A stretch of DNA of 64,000 nucleotides from Phoronis australis (lineage: Eukaryota > Animalia > Phoronida): positions 124,001 through 188,000 of the forward strand of contig NMRA01000099.1 in the NCBI GenBank assembly GCA_002633005.1. The letters run 5' to 3'. Under the pieces are notes generated by a model. It saw nothing but the letters and a program-made list of their open reading frames with translations, ran no database searches and had not been told where the DNA came from. This document shows positions 14,001-26,840 of this stretch, one piece after another. The position numbers were made by a program, and so were the translations under genes. Position 1 is the first letter of the stretch; the number at the start of each line of letters is the position of its first letter.

Positions 14001-15450
14001 CTCTATGACTTATTGAGGTGAAGTTATCTTTACTTATCTCTTTCCTACCATTCACTATAATGCAAGTTTTAGAGCCCAACAGAAAGTCAATCAAACCTCT
14101 ACCATGAATTTACAGATTCATCTATTACAACTCGTTTACTTACTTGGCAATCAAAGTCTGGAATGTAATCGTTCAAGTTACCCACTCTCAAATTTAAATC
14201 TCCACATTAATAATGTCATATGTTATATCTACATACACTGGCATAATAGATGGCTAAACACCCACATCACAACCCCTTGATGATTTCTCAGGAGGTAAAG
14301 TGCAACAAAATGCAATTATACAACAATCTGAACATCTATAAGTTGACCTTATAGCTAATATACCATCCTACGACTTGTAAACAACATCACTTTCAAAAGT
14401 GTTAAAGAAATCAATCCTAACAAATAGTCCCACCCCACCTGTTCCTCTTACCTGACAAACAACATGCTGCTGGGTAAAACTTATTGTTTGTTTGCCAACA
14501 TTTCGCAAGGGGGCAAAGTAAGATTTATTGCGTGTAAATGAGATTCTACCAGCCCTATAATGTTTGCCTTGAATGAAGACAGCAATATTGTTCACGGAGC
14601 AATGAAATCTTGCTTGTCCTATCACCAATATTGGACTCGCACATCCTCAAAACGCTGTCCTATTCTATACCACCATTTGTTTTGTTTCCAGAGTTCGGCA
14701 AAGTTTCAATGACTTTTTTGAAATTTATTTTAGTTAACCTGTCGGTGTGAGATTTGCTTACAGAAGAAAAACTTGTTAAAATAAAATTCGACCAAGGGAG
14801 GTCTAGTGTCCCCGTCAAGCATTCAGACCAGTGCAGTCCAGTAAGCGGGTCTTCTCTGAGGACAGGCCCAGGTTACATAACAATTCTTCCACAACTTCAT
14901 GTAAAGGTCAAGTTCCGTTGGCTATGCCTGATGCAATAATACACAAGTCATTGTTTTTCAAAGGGTTGTTCTGAATAACTAAATCTGTACCCTGCGCGTG
15001 ATGCTTTTCCAACGCACTGACACGGTTATCGAGGCGTGCAAAATCCATAGCAAGATCCGCCTTGAAGGACTTAACCTCGATATCAACAGAATTGTAATCT
15101 CATTACGTAGTTTATCCATTTTGGATTCAAAATTTTTTCTAAGCCCATCTTGTTCAGACCTTAGATCTCGGATTTCTTTCAAAATTAATTCCGATATCTC
15201 ACCTTGATCCCATGGAGTCGGGAAAGGTTGGCTTCACTAATTGTAGGTTGAGAATTAAATTTTTTGCTACCTATCACACCTGCGGTTCATAGCTGTCCTT
15301 AACTCAGTACTGTCTGTGCTTGGTTAAAATTTACGTATAAAATGCCATTCAGAATCATCCATAGAAATGGAACGAATTTAAAAGACTATTGGTAGAAATA
15401 TATGCGTTTTGGCAGTTCCAAGAGCTCTTATCCCACGCACTCATCCATCC
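11030..15450 (-). mobile_element. Degenerate non-LTR retrotransposon (LINE): ORF1 remnant, APE endonuclease and C-terminal end; RT apparently deleted; interrupted by a MITE
   Basis: Minus-strand translations with stops/frameshifts: coiled-coil KEIRDLRSEQDGLRKNFESKMDKLRNEI (~15180); endonuclease motifs RGTGGVGLFVR (~14440), FTSISHRGRAVVDYFIVPHE (~14020-13965) and KPPDHSVL (~13860); C-terminal SVIAQLRAGVLPLKVEVG...C...IEDKAHFIFDC (~11230-11090). Confidence 0.75.
11641..13844. mobile_element. Non-autonomous pogo/Tc1-mariner-type DNA transposon, family copy A
   Basis: Right TIR gggcgttaacccgaacgtttatgg followed by TA; decayed left TIR aaacattcgggttaacgccc; subterminal ttaa(c/g)cgccc repeats; interior homologous to the copies at 20109, 31399 and 38904. 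Confidence 0.8.
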
Positions 15451-16107
15451 TGATAAACTGAGCTGCATTCCGCAAACTCAAGATATCAGTCATGCACGTG
15501 CGATGTGAAATCTTAAGAAAAGGGAATTTACATCCCATAATTCATGAATTCTATCCCATAATTTATGAGCTCTATCCTATAGTTCAACATTGCAACCTCA
15601 TAAACCAACCACTTCAGTGGAAACTTTGCTAGGATACGATAGTGAGGTCTTCATTTTGCATAAGCTTGCTTTTTGGTACAAGGTGTTCTGCTTTCTGCTC
15701 TAAATCTGTGAGATGCCAGAATGAAGGCTCGGTATTCCTTAAGCACCGCCTAGTGAGCATTGACGGAGTTACTAATTGGCTTCATGTTCAACCTTTCATT
15801 AACATATTAAAAGTAGTTTGATGAAGCAAGCGAAAAATAATGATTTAAGAACAAAAATGTCCTTGATAAAACCTGAAAACAGGTTGAATAATAGGAAACG
15901 CGTATTTTTGACAATGCATACAGCTAAATTGTCAAAGGCTTTCAAGCTTCAATGCATTCCATTTCTTGCAATGAATAATTCCTGAAACATTTGGTGGCTT
16001 CACTCCATTTCTTTTCAAAACCACAATTTTATTATTTTAAGATTTCTCAACAAGCTCAGCACATCCATCACAACATTTTACACAGGATTGAAATTCTATA
16101 TAAAACA

Positions 16108-16622
16108 ACCTGGGGGATTCCCTAATGTCAAGAAGAATTACGTAGCAGTTCTAAGTACACTGCAGGGAGATCAAGTCCAAGATCTCTGTTCAAACTTGGT
16201 CTGTTGGCTAGGATCTCAATAGCTTCCAGTATTCTACCCTTCCACTTATCTGGATGTAAACTTTTATTTCAATACACTGAAGATAAACTGAAATCCTTGT
16301 CACAGACCTGGTGATGTAGATCTCCGGCATGTTCTTGAATAGCAGTAACGGGTCTGAGGTTGGGGTGGCGATGGTCTTTAACCATCGCCACCCCCCCCCC
16401 ACCTCAGACCCATTAGTGCCATTCAAGAACATGCCAGGGATCTACATTAACAGGTCCCCAATGATTATGTTTACATCCAGATGAATTGAAGCATAGGATA
16501 CAAGAAACTATTGAGATTCAAGTCCACAGACCAAGTCTGAACCGAGATCCCGGACTTGATCTCTCTGCAGTGTACTCGGACGTGTTACGAGATTCCCTCC
16601 AACATTAGGGAATCTCCCACCT
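16108..16622. mobile_element. Fold-back (near-palindromic) MITE-like element
   Basis: The left arm gtacactgcagggagatcaagtccaagatctc...ggcatgttcttgaat...gggtctgaggttggggtggcgatggt pairs with the right arm accatcgccaccccc...cctcagaccc...attcaagaacatgcc...gagatcccggacttgatctctctgcagtgtac. The loop is only a few bp near 16378. Confidence 0.8.
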
Positions 16623-19600
16623 TATTTTATTGTTTATTCCACAACGAGACTCCGGCGCGCCTGGTGGTGAACCAAGTCCGAGAGAAATGCACAAAATGGC
16701 TGTACAGCGAGAATATTAAGGTACGGTTTTTTGGTTCCAAAAGGGATATTTATTTAATATTATCACCATTTAAAAGGAAACCCAGGAACATTCACAGCCT
16801 CAGGATAGTTATGTTCTACAAGTTCACCAATAATCTGAAATTTTCCAGGTCTTGATATCTGCACTATACTTTTCTATAAAAGAAAATGATGTAGAAAACG
16901 TAAAACAGGCAGAAAATAAGTAGAGTGAATGCACTGGTGGCCTAAACTATATCTTGTTGCAATCTTTCTCAATTCGATTTACAACCATACATTAAGGGTT
17001 TGTTCAAGTTTACTCTACATGAGAAATCGCTTAGTGCACTCACCTAAGAATTTTTAAGATTTCACAATTTTATAACACAAATACAAGGCAGGCAATAAGT
17101 TATGTACTCCAAATAATCCATTTACCAAAAGCCAAAAACATATAACATTCATTTAAAGCAACAAGTTTTCTTTAGTCTTCCTTCAAACCAGTTTCTTAAT
17201 GACATAACATATTAGTCTTAATTCTTGTTCAAGGTAGTATCACTGACCAACAATTTCCTTGGGACAAACAAATAGTGCAGACTATTCAGTACAAGAAAAT
17301 TTGTCTAAAACACAGGATACCGTTTTGTAGTAATTCATATCACTAATGTTTCAAATCTTTTTGAAGTTGTCAAAAGTGAAATCTCTTTTGATGCAAAATG
17401 TCTTGAGTACATTTACTCCATTTCCTCATGAGTTTTTATAAGTTAACATCAAACAGACAGTAAACACTGACGTAAAAAGAAACAGCTATTTTCACACTGT
17501 TTCAACAGCACCGTGTTTAAAACAATTAAATACCACGTAGTTTGTTTGACATAGTTTGTTTGACGTAGTTTGTTTGACACAATGTAGGCAAAAATATCAC
17601 CAATTTCTGACTACTTGTTAAAATGTCTAATGGTAGCTTTGGACATGACAAAGTGTTATTTTGGTGCGGCATATCTCGTACAGTAAAAAATGAGAAATTA
17701 AATTTCAATGGTCCAACCCATTCAACCAAGACCTAAATTACTGAGATTTTACAGTAAGCCATTTAATGAACAACACATAAAACATGGAGTGTCACTATAA
17801 CCATAATTCAAGTCCCCATAAACACCATATTCCACCAAAAACATCATGGCAATCCCATCAACTCAGACTCAGGAAAAATTCCAAGTAAGGTTATGTTGGA
17901 AAATATGTTTAATTACCTGTGTATTTGTTATTTATTTATCTTGCATTCGTGTAATCTGTATATACATATGCATATGCATTAAGCATGTATATATTTATAT
18001 GCATAATGCATTATGCATATAAATATATTGTTTTTCCTTAGTTCTTTTACAAATTATCATTTTTTATTAACTGCTAATATTAGATAATTTTTCTGTAAAT
18101 ATTGTCATATTTACATTTGCTAAATGTAATTCTTGAAAGCCGTAATCAGAGATTTGACAAACATAATATTACACAATAAATTGCCCCCATGATGGCTGAC
18201 ATCATGAATGATAGTGACTAAATTGACTGCTTCTGACATTTATTATATAAAATGCATCTCTGCACAAACTCCGTCTCTCCCGCTCCACTACAGACTTTCG
18301 TTGCGCCCGTTTCGGCACCCCTTGGTCCCAGGTATTGCACCGGCCCCCTATTTGGATTCGAGGTGTTGTATTTTTTCTCGTGGGCCGTTTTTCCGCAGAC
18401 GCGGAGGGAGGGTGACCAGTTTTGTACTGGCCTTGGAGATGTCAGTCGGTCGGCTCAAAGGCCTGGATGACATCACTCCGTCAGCTTAATTTCACTCCCT
18501 CCGGCTTCTGTCGCGTATATAATTCATCGGGCCTGTCGCCGCCAAAATTAATGATGCCTCCATTAAAAAATTTTTACTCTTCCTTGAATAAACTAAATTA
18601 TTTACCAAAATGTTGGAAAATTGGCGTTCTTCAGTTATGTTGCTGTTAATATTGCGATACGCTCTTTGGGCGCCATTGCTACTGTTGGCTAATTCAATCA
18701 AATGTCATAACAAGCGTAAGTGGTTTCATTTTATCACAAGTTTTTACTATTTTATTAACAGAAAACCCAGAAAAAAATTCTCGAGAGATACCGCAAAATT
18801 TTCGGAAAAAGCGCGTATGTGCGCGTGTCACAAGTATGCACTGTTTTCAAAATGACCACAGATTCCCTTTGTTACAAAAGGCGGAGAATTACGAAAAATA
18901 CCATTTATTAGATTGTCTTTTTACTTCTATAAACAGTTGTTACAGGCAATATGGATTTAGGTTCATTCCCAGATTCTGCATGCACCCCTGTAGATTGTTA
19001 GCTCTAGGTTTCACAACGAGGTGACAAGCTGAGCATCGGGGTTGTGTGAAATTTCGGTACCTCTAACAGAGCTCTACACACAGCTACTTAGCTGGATAGT
19101 CTTCATACAGATAGCTGGCTTTCTACCTCAGTATGTACATATATGATGCAATTTTTGTAAATACATCTATATACTTTGTGTACTATACAGTATTTTAAAT
19201 GCATTCTTAGTTTTCACTTTAAAGAATATTTGATTACTGTTACGGCAGGGTCAAATGTTCTGGAAAGAAATTTGTACTGCCGGGGAAAGAATCTCGCAGC
19301 CGCACACCTTGCCTACTATAATTTGACAGTGACTGAAATTCTGCTTGAAACTTTGAACACGGCCTTTTCAAGAAGTATTCCTGTCTCTTGCGATGAACAT
19401 GTTTACTCTCAGGAGTATCTAGGGACCCTCGGCGTTTCCCACTTAGCTGCTACACGTGCCAAAGCACGGATAATGGCTAGTCCTAAATAATTATGGCGGC
19501 ATTGAAAACAACAACCTCATTTACACATGTAATATGAATGACGAGCACAATACAATCGAACATAAAAAATCACTGTAATATGATATCAGTGGTATGGTTG

Positions 19601-19869
19601 AATTTTAAAAAAGCATCAAACTAATTTGAATATTTTAGTCCCTAAACTCTAATTTTCAAAAATCATACAGCATTTAGAAGACAATTTGTGTCACTTTGAC
19701 ATAGTACGTCTACAAGAAACACGGCTGAGCAATGATCACAATTGCAACTCATATTATAACATGCATAATTGTTAATTATATTGCAAATCTCTTGAGTCAA
19801 CTTTAAGTTCGCAAGGTGGTCTTATTACACACGTTTGAGAATATATCAAGGTAACAGATATAGACAGCA

Positions 19870-22600
19870 CTCCCAGAAACTATTAAAACTTTTGAATCTC
19901 ATGATAAATTAATCTTTCAACACTATTGAGTTTCCCGATAAATAAAATATAACAAAACTTATTCCAATATGCAAGAAAATGACCTTGATCCCAATACCCT
20001 AAATAAATAACTATGGTCATATATCAGTTTTTACATCTATCTCCAAACTTTTGAAAAAATTATCTACAAGCAAATTTACACATACCCCATACAACATGAT
20101 TTCTTATACCGTAATCGTTTCGGTTAACGCCCTGGGCGGTTAAATTGGCGAATCCAAAAAATCGGGGGAGGGCGGTTAACTGAGCAGTGGGCGGTTAAAT
20201 CGAAAATCCACCTAAAGTAGGGGATGGGCGGTTAACCGAACATGGGCGCTTATTACGACAGACAACCGCCCTGGGCGGTTAATCTCACCTGGCGATCTAA
20301 ATCCCGACACGACAATCATACTCGGAATGCGTAGCCCTTTTCAAAGAGCTTTATCGTCACGTCGCCAAATGACTGTGAAAACATCGGATGATCCCAACAA
20401 AGGCTCTCTTGCCCTCAGATTAGTCATTCACTATTAAATTTACAAAATTGCTGAGTAATAGCCCCGGTGCGCAGACGACCAGTGACCTCGCAGCCTCCAC
20501 TAGAATAAAAACTGTTTCATGATGTGACCCTGCTTAAGTGCGCGCGTGCAAGCTTCACGTGGTGCAGAGGTCAGACATCAAATTTATGGTTACAGTCTCG
20601 TATTATATGTAGCTGTCAAGTTCTGACTCACTGAGCAGATTTAAAATTGGTTGTAATAAAAGTTTGAAAAACTTAACCACGAAGTTTGGTAAGGTGATCG
20701 TTTAGAATAATGAATTGAAACATTGTTTTTTTCTGACATTTTGTAACATATTTATGCAGTTGCTTGAAATTTTATTTTTGATCGACGACTGGCTCGACCA
20801 CCCCCGATCCTTGTCTTACTTCTTTGCATAGCATGTTTGGCGCAACGGCAAGAGAGCAGGGCTGTCGAGATAAGACAGCTAGCCGCAGAACCATACGCTG
20901 AAAATGTCATTGAGTCACGGATCGTCAACTATAACATCCCATACACAAAAAACAGGAGAGTTAAGTTTTTCAAACTTTTATTACAACCAATTTTAAAACT
21001 GCTCTCTGACTCAGAACTTGACAGTTACATATAGTACGAGACTGTAACCATAAAATTGATGTCTGACCTCTGCAAAACGTGAAGCTTGCACGCGCGCACT
21101 TAAGCAGGGTCACGTCTTGAAACAGTTTTAATTCTAGTGGAGGCTGCGTGGTGACTGGTCGTCTGCGCACCGCAGGACGGCACAGGGCTATTACTCAGCA
21201 ATTTTGTAAATTTAATTGCGAATGACTAATCTAAGGGCAAGAGAACCTTTGTTGGGATCATCCGCTGTTATGACGTTTTCACAGTCATTTGGCAACCTGA
21301 CGATAAAGCTCTTCGAAAAGGGCTACGCGTTCCGAGTATGATTGTCGTGTCGGGATTTAGATCGCCAGGTAAGATTAACCGCCCAGGGCGGTTGTCTGTC
21401 GTAATAAGCGCCCATGTTCGGTTAACCGCCCATCCCCTACTTTAGGTGGATTTTTGATTTAACCGCCCACTGCTCAGTTAACCGCCCTCCCCCGATTTTT
21501 TGGATTCGCCAATTTAACCGCCCAGGGCGTTTACCCGAACGATTACGGTAATCACTGGACTGAACAAGCAGCCCTTGAGCTAATCAGCAGAATCTATGAA
21601 TATCTTGATAAAAATTTAACCCCAATAGCTATATTCATGGAACTTGACACAATAAACCCTAATACATTACAACAAAAAATAACGAAATGTGGTATCTACA
21701 CAATAGGTCGCAATATGTTGCATTACACCCTCATTATCAATCATCTTTACTAGGGTTCCCCAAGGCTCAATATCAGACTCGCTCTTATTCATAATTTACA
21801 CAAATGATCTACACTCTGTTACCCCCATGTTACTCCTCATGTACGCTGATGACATTTGTCTACTTACTCCTGTAGGTCTGAACTCATCCACAGAGGACAT
21901 CAACAACGCACATACTATTAACAGTGGATTACGAACTGTTTATCTATGGCTTTCAGCAACTAAGCTCTCTTCAAACTTCTCAAAAACAAAATCCATGCTA
22001 TTCCAGTTTGGGCTAAATAGAATTGATAATAACTCAGTCCCCACTATTAAAATAAATTATAACACATCTCTAACGTACAACCCTAACTAACAGCCTACAA
22101 ATTCCTGTGAATACACATCGACAATATCCTTACACCAATATACACACGAAAGGGCAAACACAACTTCTAAAGTAAACTGCTTATTACCTAAACTCAAACA
22201 CCATTTTCCCACTCACATCTTGCAATATAAACTATCTCATACTTTCTTGATTCTCATATGGAATAACCGTTTGGGCATTCGGAAATTGTACAAGGTTAAA
22301 AATGTTACAAAAATGTCAACAAACCTCCGATGGTTAGCTACACTCGACCAATTTGTAAAACTCAATAAATATTACTTTTTGAGGATGTATTTACGTCATC
22401 TTGCTTTAAGTATTACAACAAATATATAAACAAAAGGCTTCCCAGATACTTTCACAGCATAGAATTAATCCAAGAATATCGACCACTTGTGCAGATAAAC
22501 ACCATCACAATTTCCCAGCTACGTTACGTTAAATAATAAAAACTACCGGCCACCAAATACTAAGCCTCTATCCAAAAAACATCAACACAAAACAGATTGT
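19870..22600 (+). mobile_element. Degenerate L2/CR1-clade LINE reverse transcriptase remnant, split by MITE copy B
   Basis: RT motifs on +: FPDK...KLIPICKK and FEKIIYKQIY (~19930-20080); after the MITE, TEQAALELISRIYEYLDKNLTPIAIFM (~21560), VPQGSISDSLLFIIYTND (~21755-21810), MYADD (~21839) and WLSATKLSSNFSKTKSMLF. Confidence 0.85.
20109..21548. mobile_element. pogo/Tc1-mariner-type MITE, family copy B (fold-back derivative)
   Basis: TA|ccgtaatcgtttcggttaacgccctggg ... cccagggcgtttacccgaacgattacgg|TA. About 570 bp of the left side is the reverse complement of the right side. Confidence 0.9.
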
Positions 22601-25600
22601 TTTACCATTTGCCATAGCTTTTGAAACACAGCAATTTTTCAGAAAGCATTTTGAATAAAACAATAGCTCATTCCTTATTAGATTTTTTCTCTTCCTTTAA
22701 AAACAATATACCATGAACAATTATGATGAAAACTGCCATGTCATAAATTGCTATACATGTATATGTTCGAATGTTTAGAGATTCTGTGTCAATCTTGGCC
22801 ATCTCCAATACTTTCCATTTGGGACTGTGTCTGTCAGTGTTCAAAATAAACACATTTGTTTTCATGGAATTCATCTCGCATATATGAGCACCATAATAAT
22901 TATCCCTGCTAACCAGCTGTAGCAGTTTATACCTTGTTTGGTAACCAAATCAGATTGAGCAATGTATGCCATTTCAATGAAAAGAAATAAGTACACATAT
23001 GATAGCAGTAAATGTTGTATTCTTGTTTGTATATGTTATGCTCTTTCATATATCATTATTTGTTTAGCATTGCATCTGATTAACTAAAAAGATCCCTCTC
23101 TCTCACTAACATAAAGTCCAAATCTGGCTAATTCCAGAGCATTGTTCTTCAAATCTCTGTGAGGATTGATTTTAAAATGTTCCACTTTAGCAGGAGAGGT
23201 TATTAAAATGAGGACTTCTGTGGTTTTCATGGAAAACTTAAGTTGCATCAAACAAAAATGAAATATTTCAGAAACCTGTAACAACTAGAACGTTTACATC
23301 AAATAAAATTTGATCAACCTGTTATTGATGCCTTTATTTTGTTATCAATGTACTTTTCCTCTAGCTAGAGGAGAGTGTATATGAATGATAGACTCTACAA
23401 GTGGCAATTAAAAGAAATTGATGACTAACACAAACACCTAATAATCACTAGACAATGAACCATAAAGAATGAGGTCTGAATGATAAAGAATGATGTTCAA
23501 ACCATAAAGAAAAAGAATGAGGTTCAAACCATAAAGAATAAGGCTCAAACAATAAAGAACGAGATTCCTCTCTAGACGCGTAAATGTACCAGATATCACG
23601 CCTACGCAGCATGGCATTAGATAGCTAAGAAAGATTTATTTGACAAATCGCACAATAAAAACAAAACACAAAGTGAATACATGTTACAAAAAGTGAATAC
23701 AATACAGGCACATGAAATATGTAGAGGATAACATAGAAAAGTCTGGTGACCAAAACCATGTACAGGCAAGCACTTGAACTGGCCCAAGTTGAATGTTGTT
23801 CAATTAAGGGTATGTAAGACCCTAGAAAAATTCCAATTTTAGCCAACTTCGGAACATTGTATCTTAGAAACGGCTGATCAAATTCACATGAAACTCTCAG
23901 ATACTAATGTGCTTTGTATGGTTTTCCAACGAATTTTTATTAAAATGTTCCGCTTTTGCAAGAGGGTTATCTTGAACATTTATATCATATGAAATTTAAT
24001 ATATCTGATCCGTTTTCATGATATTAATGTAGCTTTCCTATAAAAGCAAGGTCACGTGACCTTAAATTAGTAACAGATTAGTAAAAAGTCAAGCATCTAA
24101 TTCTATGGAACTTCTTCATTCGGAAAATATATACTTTTACTAAGTTAAATATATGGCTAAATGCAGACTTGTGAATAAAATTTAGAAAATGCAAAATGTC
24201 AACCTGAAACCCCACAGACAATCATTTGTCTCATCATCCTTCTTAAGAAAGACGACATGGCTAATGAGTCTATGGAGCTATACTTTGGGGAGCAAATTTC
24301 CAGTCAGATGTAGACATTTCTAAGAAATCAGTTGAGAATAATTAACAAAGTTCGTAAATACAAATGTAAAGTTGATTGTTTTTCATGTCTCTCTGTAGCT
24401 CAGCAAGTGCAACTGGAACTCATCCAGAATTTTAAAAACGCTCAAGAAAATGACTCAATGTGCACTGATAATGACAGTAGCCACAAGTGGCAGAAAAATA
24501 ATGCATAAAGAGGTTATTGCAATCATGATTCCACGCATTGATGAATTTTCTTTAAAAAATACTTCCTGATTTATACGTACAAACCATTCAGAGCATGAAC
24601 CAGTGGCCTGTATTTCAACTAGACATTCTGCTTTTAGGTCATACACATGATGCTGTATAACAAACAAAACATTTAAAGCTACATCTCGACACTATCAGCT
24701 AGAAAAAATGGCAGCCTAGCGCCATGATTAGCTGACTAAAAATGAAAATTCAATTGCTCATTTTACTCTAGTTTCTTAAATGTTTCATGCCAGATAGGGT
24801 TCTCTTTCCGTTATCAACTCAAGCCATCGTCAATGTTTAGTATCATGCTCCATTTTCAAATTAGCAATTTTAGGTTTGGTCAACCACAATAAACTCTGAA
24901 ATGTTTTCTAGTGTTGTTGATGGTTTCCATGTTCTTATTGATAACAGACATGGAATCCAGTTACTGTAAGGAATATTGTGAAACTGATTTCATGAGAGTA
25001 AAAGGCAAATCGGATTTTTGTTGCCTAGCGGCACTAAGCAAGGCAAATCTCAGCTTTAGTCTGCAATGCAAATCAAGTTTTTGTAGGCAGGGATAATTTT
25101 AGGAGTGCGCAGTGCAATACTGGTGCATGTTATTTTTCATAGACTGCCTACCATTGCTTAACTTGAGTCACTGGGGAGCTTTAAAGGAATGTCCCAATCA
25201 TGCCTTAATTTGTCTTCAATAGGCTCATGCATATGGCAATGCAGAGCAGGTGGTCAGAACTTACGTCAGTGACCAACAACAAACATGTCTGGCATATTGC
25301 AAAAGTACACATCTGAGTTGTGTTTAGTCAAACCGAAAGGTAGCACGTATTTCTAAAACGCGTTGGTTATTTTTTCGAAGGCTTTCGTTTCGATAACCAG
25401 TAAGTGTGAAAATATATCTGCTTGACAATTTTTCTAGTAACTTGGCAAAACATAAAATAGCAGTTAAAAGGAAAGCAGCACTAAATTTGATCTTCTTGCA
25501 AAATATGAGGCGATTTCCTTGGTTCAAACATCGCACTATTATTTTTTCTTACACACAAAAATCTGGCGCAATTGAATCAAGGAGTCACGTCATGAGCACT

Positions 25601-26689
25601 TTGCAGTTAAAATGTTGATTCTGTGTCAATAATTAGCACACCATAAGGGCATTTCTTATTACCATGTGGTGTGTAAACAGCTGGACAACAGCTTACAGCA
25701 ACAAGTCTGGAATGCCGACAGTCTTATTCTGGACACATTTTTCCAACCTAGGGCAAAGATACTGTGAAAAATATCTTTGCCTAGGGCCTGTTTACAAACT
25801 GAGGGAATATCCTAGAGGCATTTTTCATGACTTTATTTTACTAAGATCATTTAAAAAATTAAATCTTTGCTCATTTGCATTTTCTTAATCACCAAATATT
25901 CCCACTTTGTCAAGACTACACACCGCCCTCCACGTGTGGAGAAATATGTAATATTTACAGAGCCAAAAAATAAGTAAGTAAAAGTTTCTGTTCCGCTATA
26001 GACAACTGAACCTACAAGGTAACTTTCAAATGTTATCACTTTTATTTAACTCGTTCACTTCAAACTAAATTGGAGAAAAGTGGTTCCCTGTTATAAGAAA
26101 TTTAATGAACAGTGGATGTCTAGAAAGCATGCATTTTATAATGAAAACTGGCCAAACAGTGGCGCTTAACCAGGAGGAGTATAGGTAAAAAACAAAACTG
26201 CCACTAGAGGGCACTACAAGAAGTCAGACTTTCTAAAAATTATTGTCACCATTCACTTCACAGTTGTTTTGGAAAAACAGCAGCAGATGCCAGACAGCAC
26301 TTTTAAGCCAACCCTAAGACTGAATTTAGAAAGAAAATTTGGAATAATTAGTATCCCGTTACATTAAATCCATTTAAGAATGCAGAACACTGTCCACCAA
26401 CTTCGGTATAGCCAATACGCATAGCCAAATAAATAATTTCATCTGTGTGGTACATACACAGAGTGTGTAGCTTCTTTTTCGCACACACAAAAATTGCTGT
26501 ACATGTGAACACTTTCGGATCATCTCACCATCATCCCTTCTCAAACTCATGTTATAGTTGGGCAGTGGCAATTGTGACATCACGACGAGGATCGGCAAAA
26601 TTGATTCGTTGATTATAAAAATTAATTGCAGGCGATCTGGTACATGTTGTACCAAAAGTGTGCAGGCCACTCAGGTGGGCCTGTTGCAC

Positions 26690-26840
26690 TGATCACCTGA
26701 AACCATTGCTTTAATCAAATAAAAAGTTAAAACTGAGCTGAGGAGCTAGAGACCTGAATCAAGGGTCTACAAGTGTGCCCCAGCTGGGACTCAAACCCAC
26801 GACCTGGAGTAAAGGAAGCGCACACTAGGACACACTGCTT
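26690..26840 (-). mobile_element. tRNA-derived SINE remnant
   Basis: The minus strand reads ...ccaggtcgtgggtttgagtcccagctggg, a Pol III B-box-like GGTT(C>T)GAGTCCC. No complete cloverleaf; boundaries approximate. Confidence 0.45.

Noticed and set aside
25697-25747. Possible 51-bp minus-strand exon LEKCVQNKTVGIPDLL as an INTS8 5' exon
   Set aside because: Splice sites are plausible, but similarity to INTS8 is too weak and the phase does not join the 10917 acceptor.
26775-26840. tRNA gene
   Set aside because: Only a degenerate B-box with no cloverleaf; treated as a SINE remnant.
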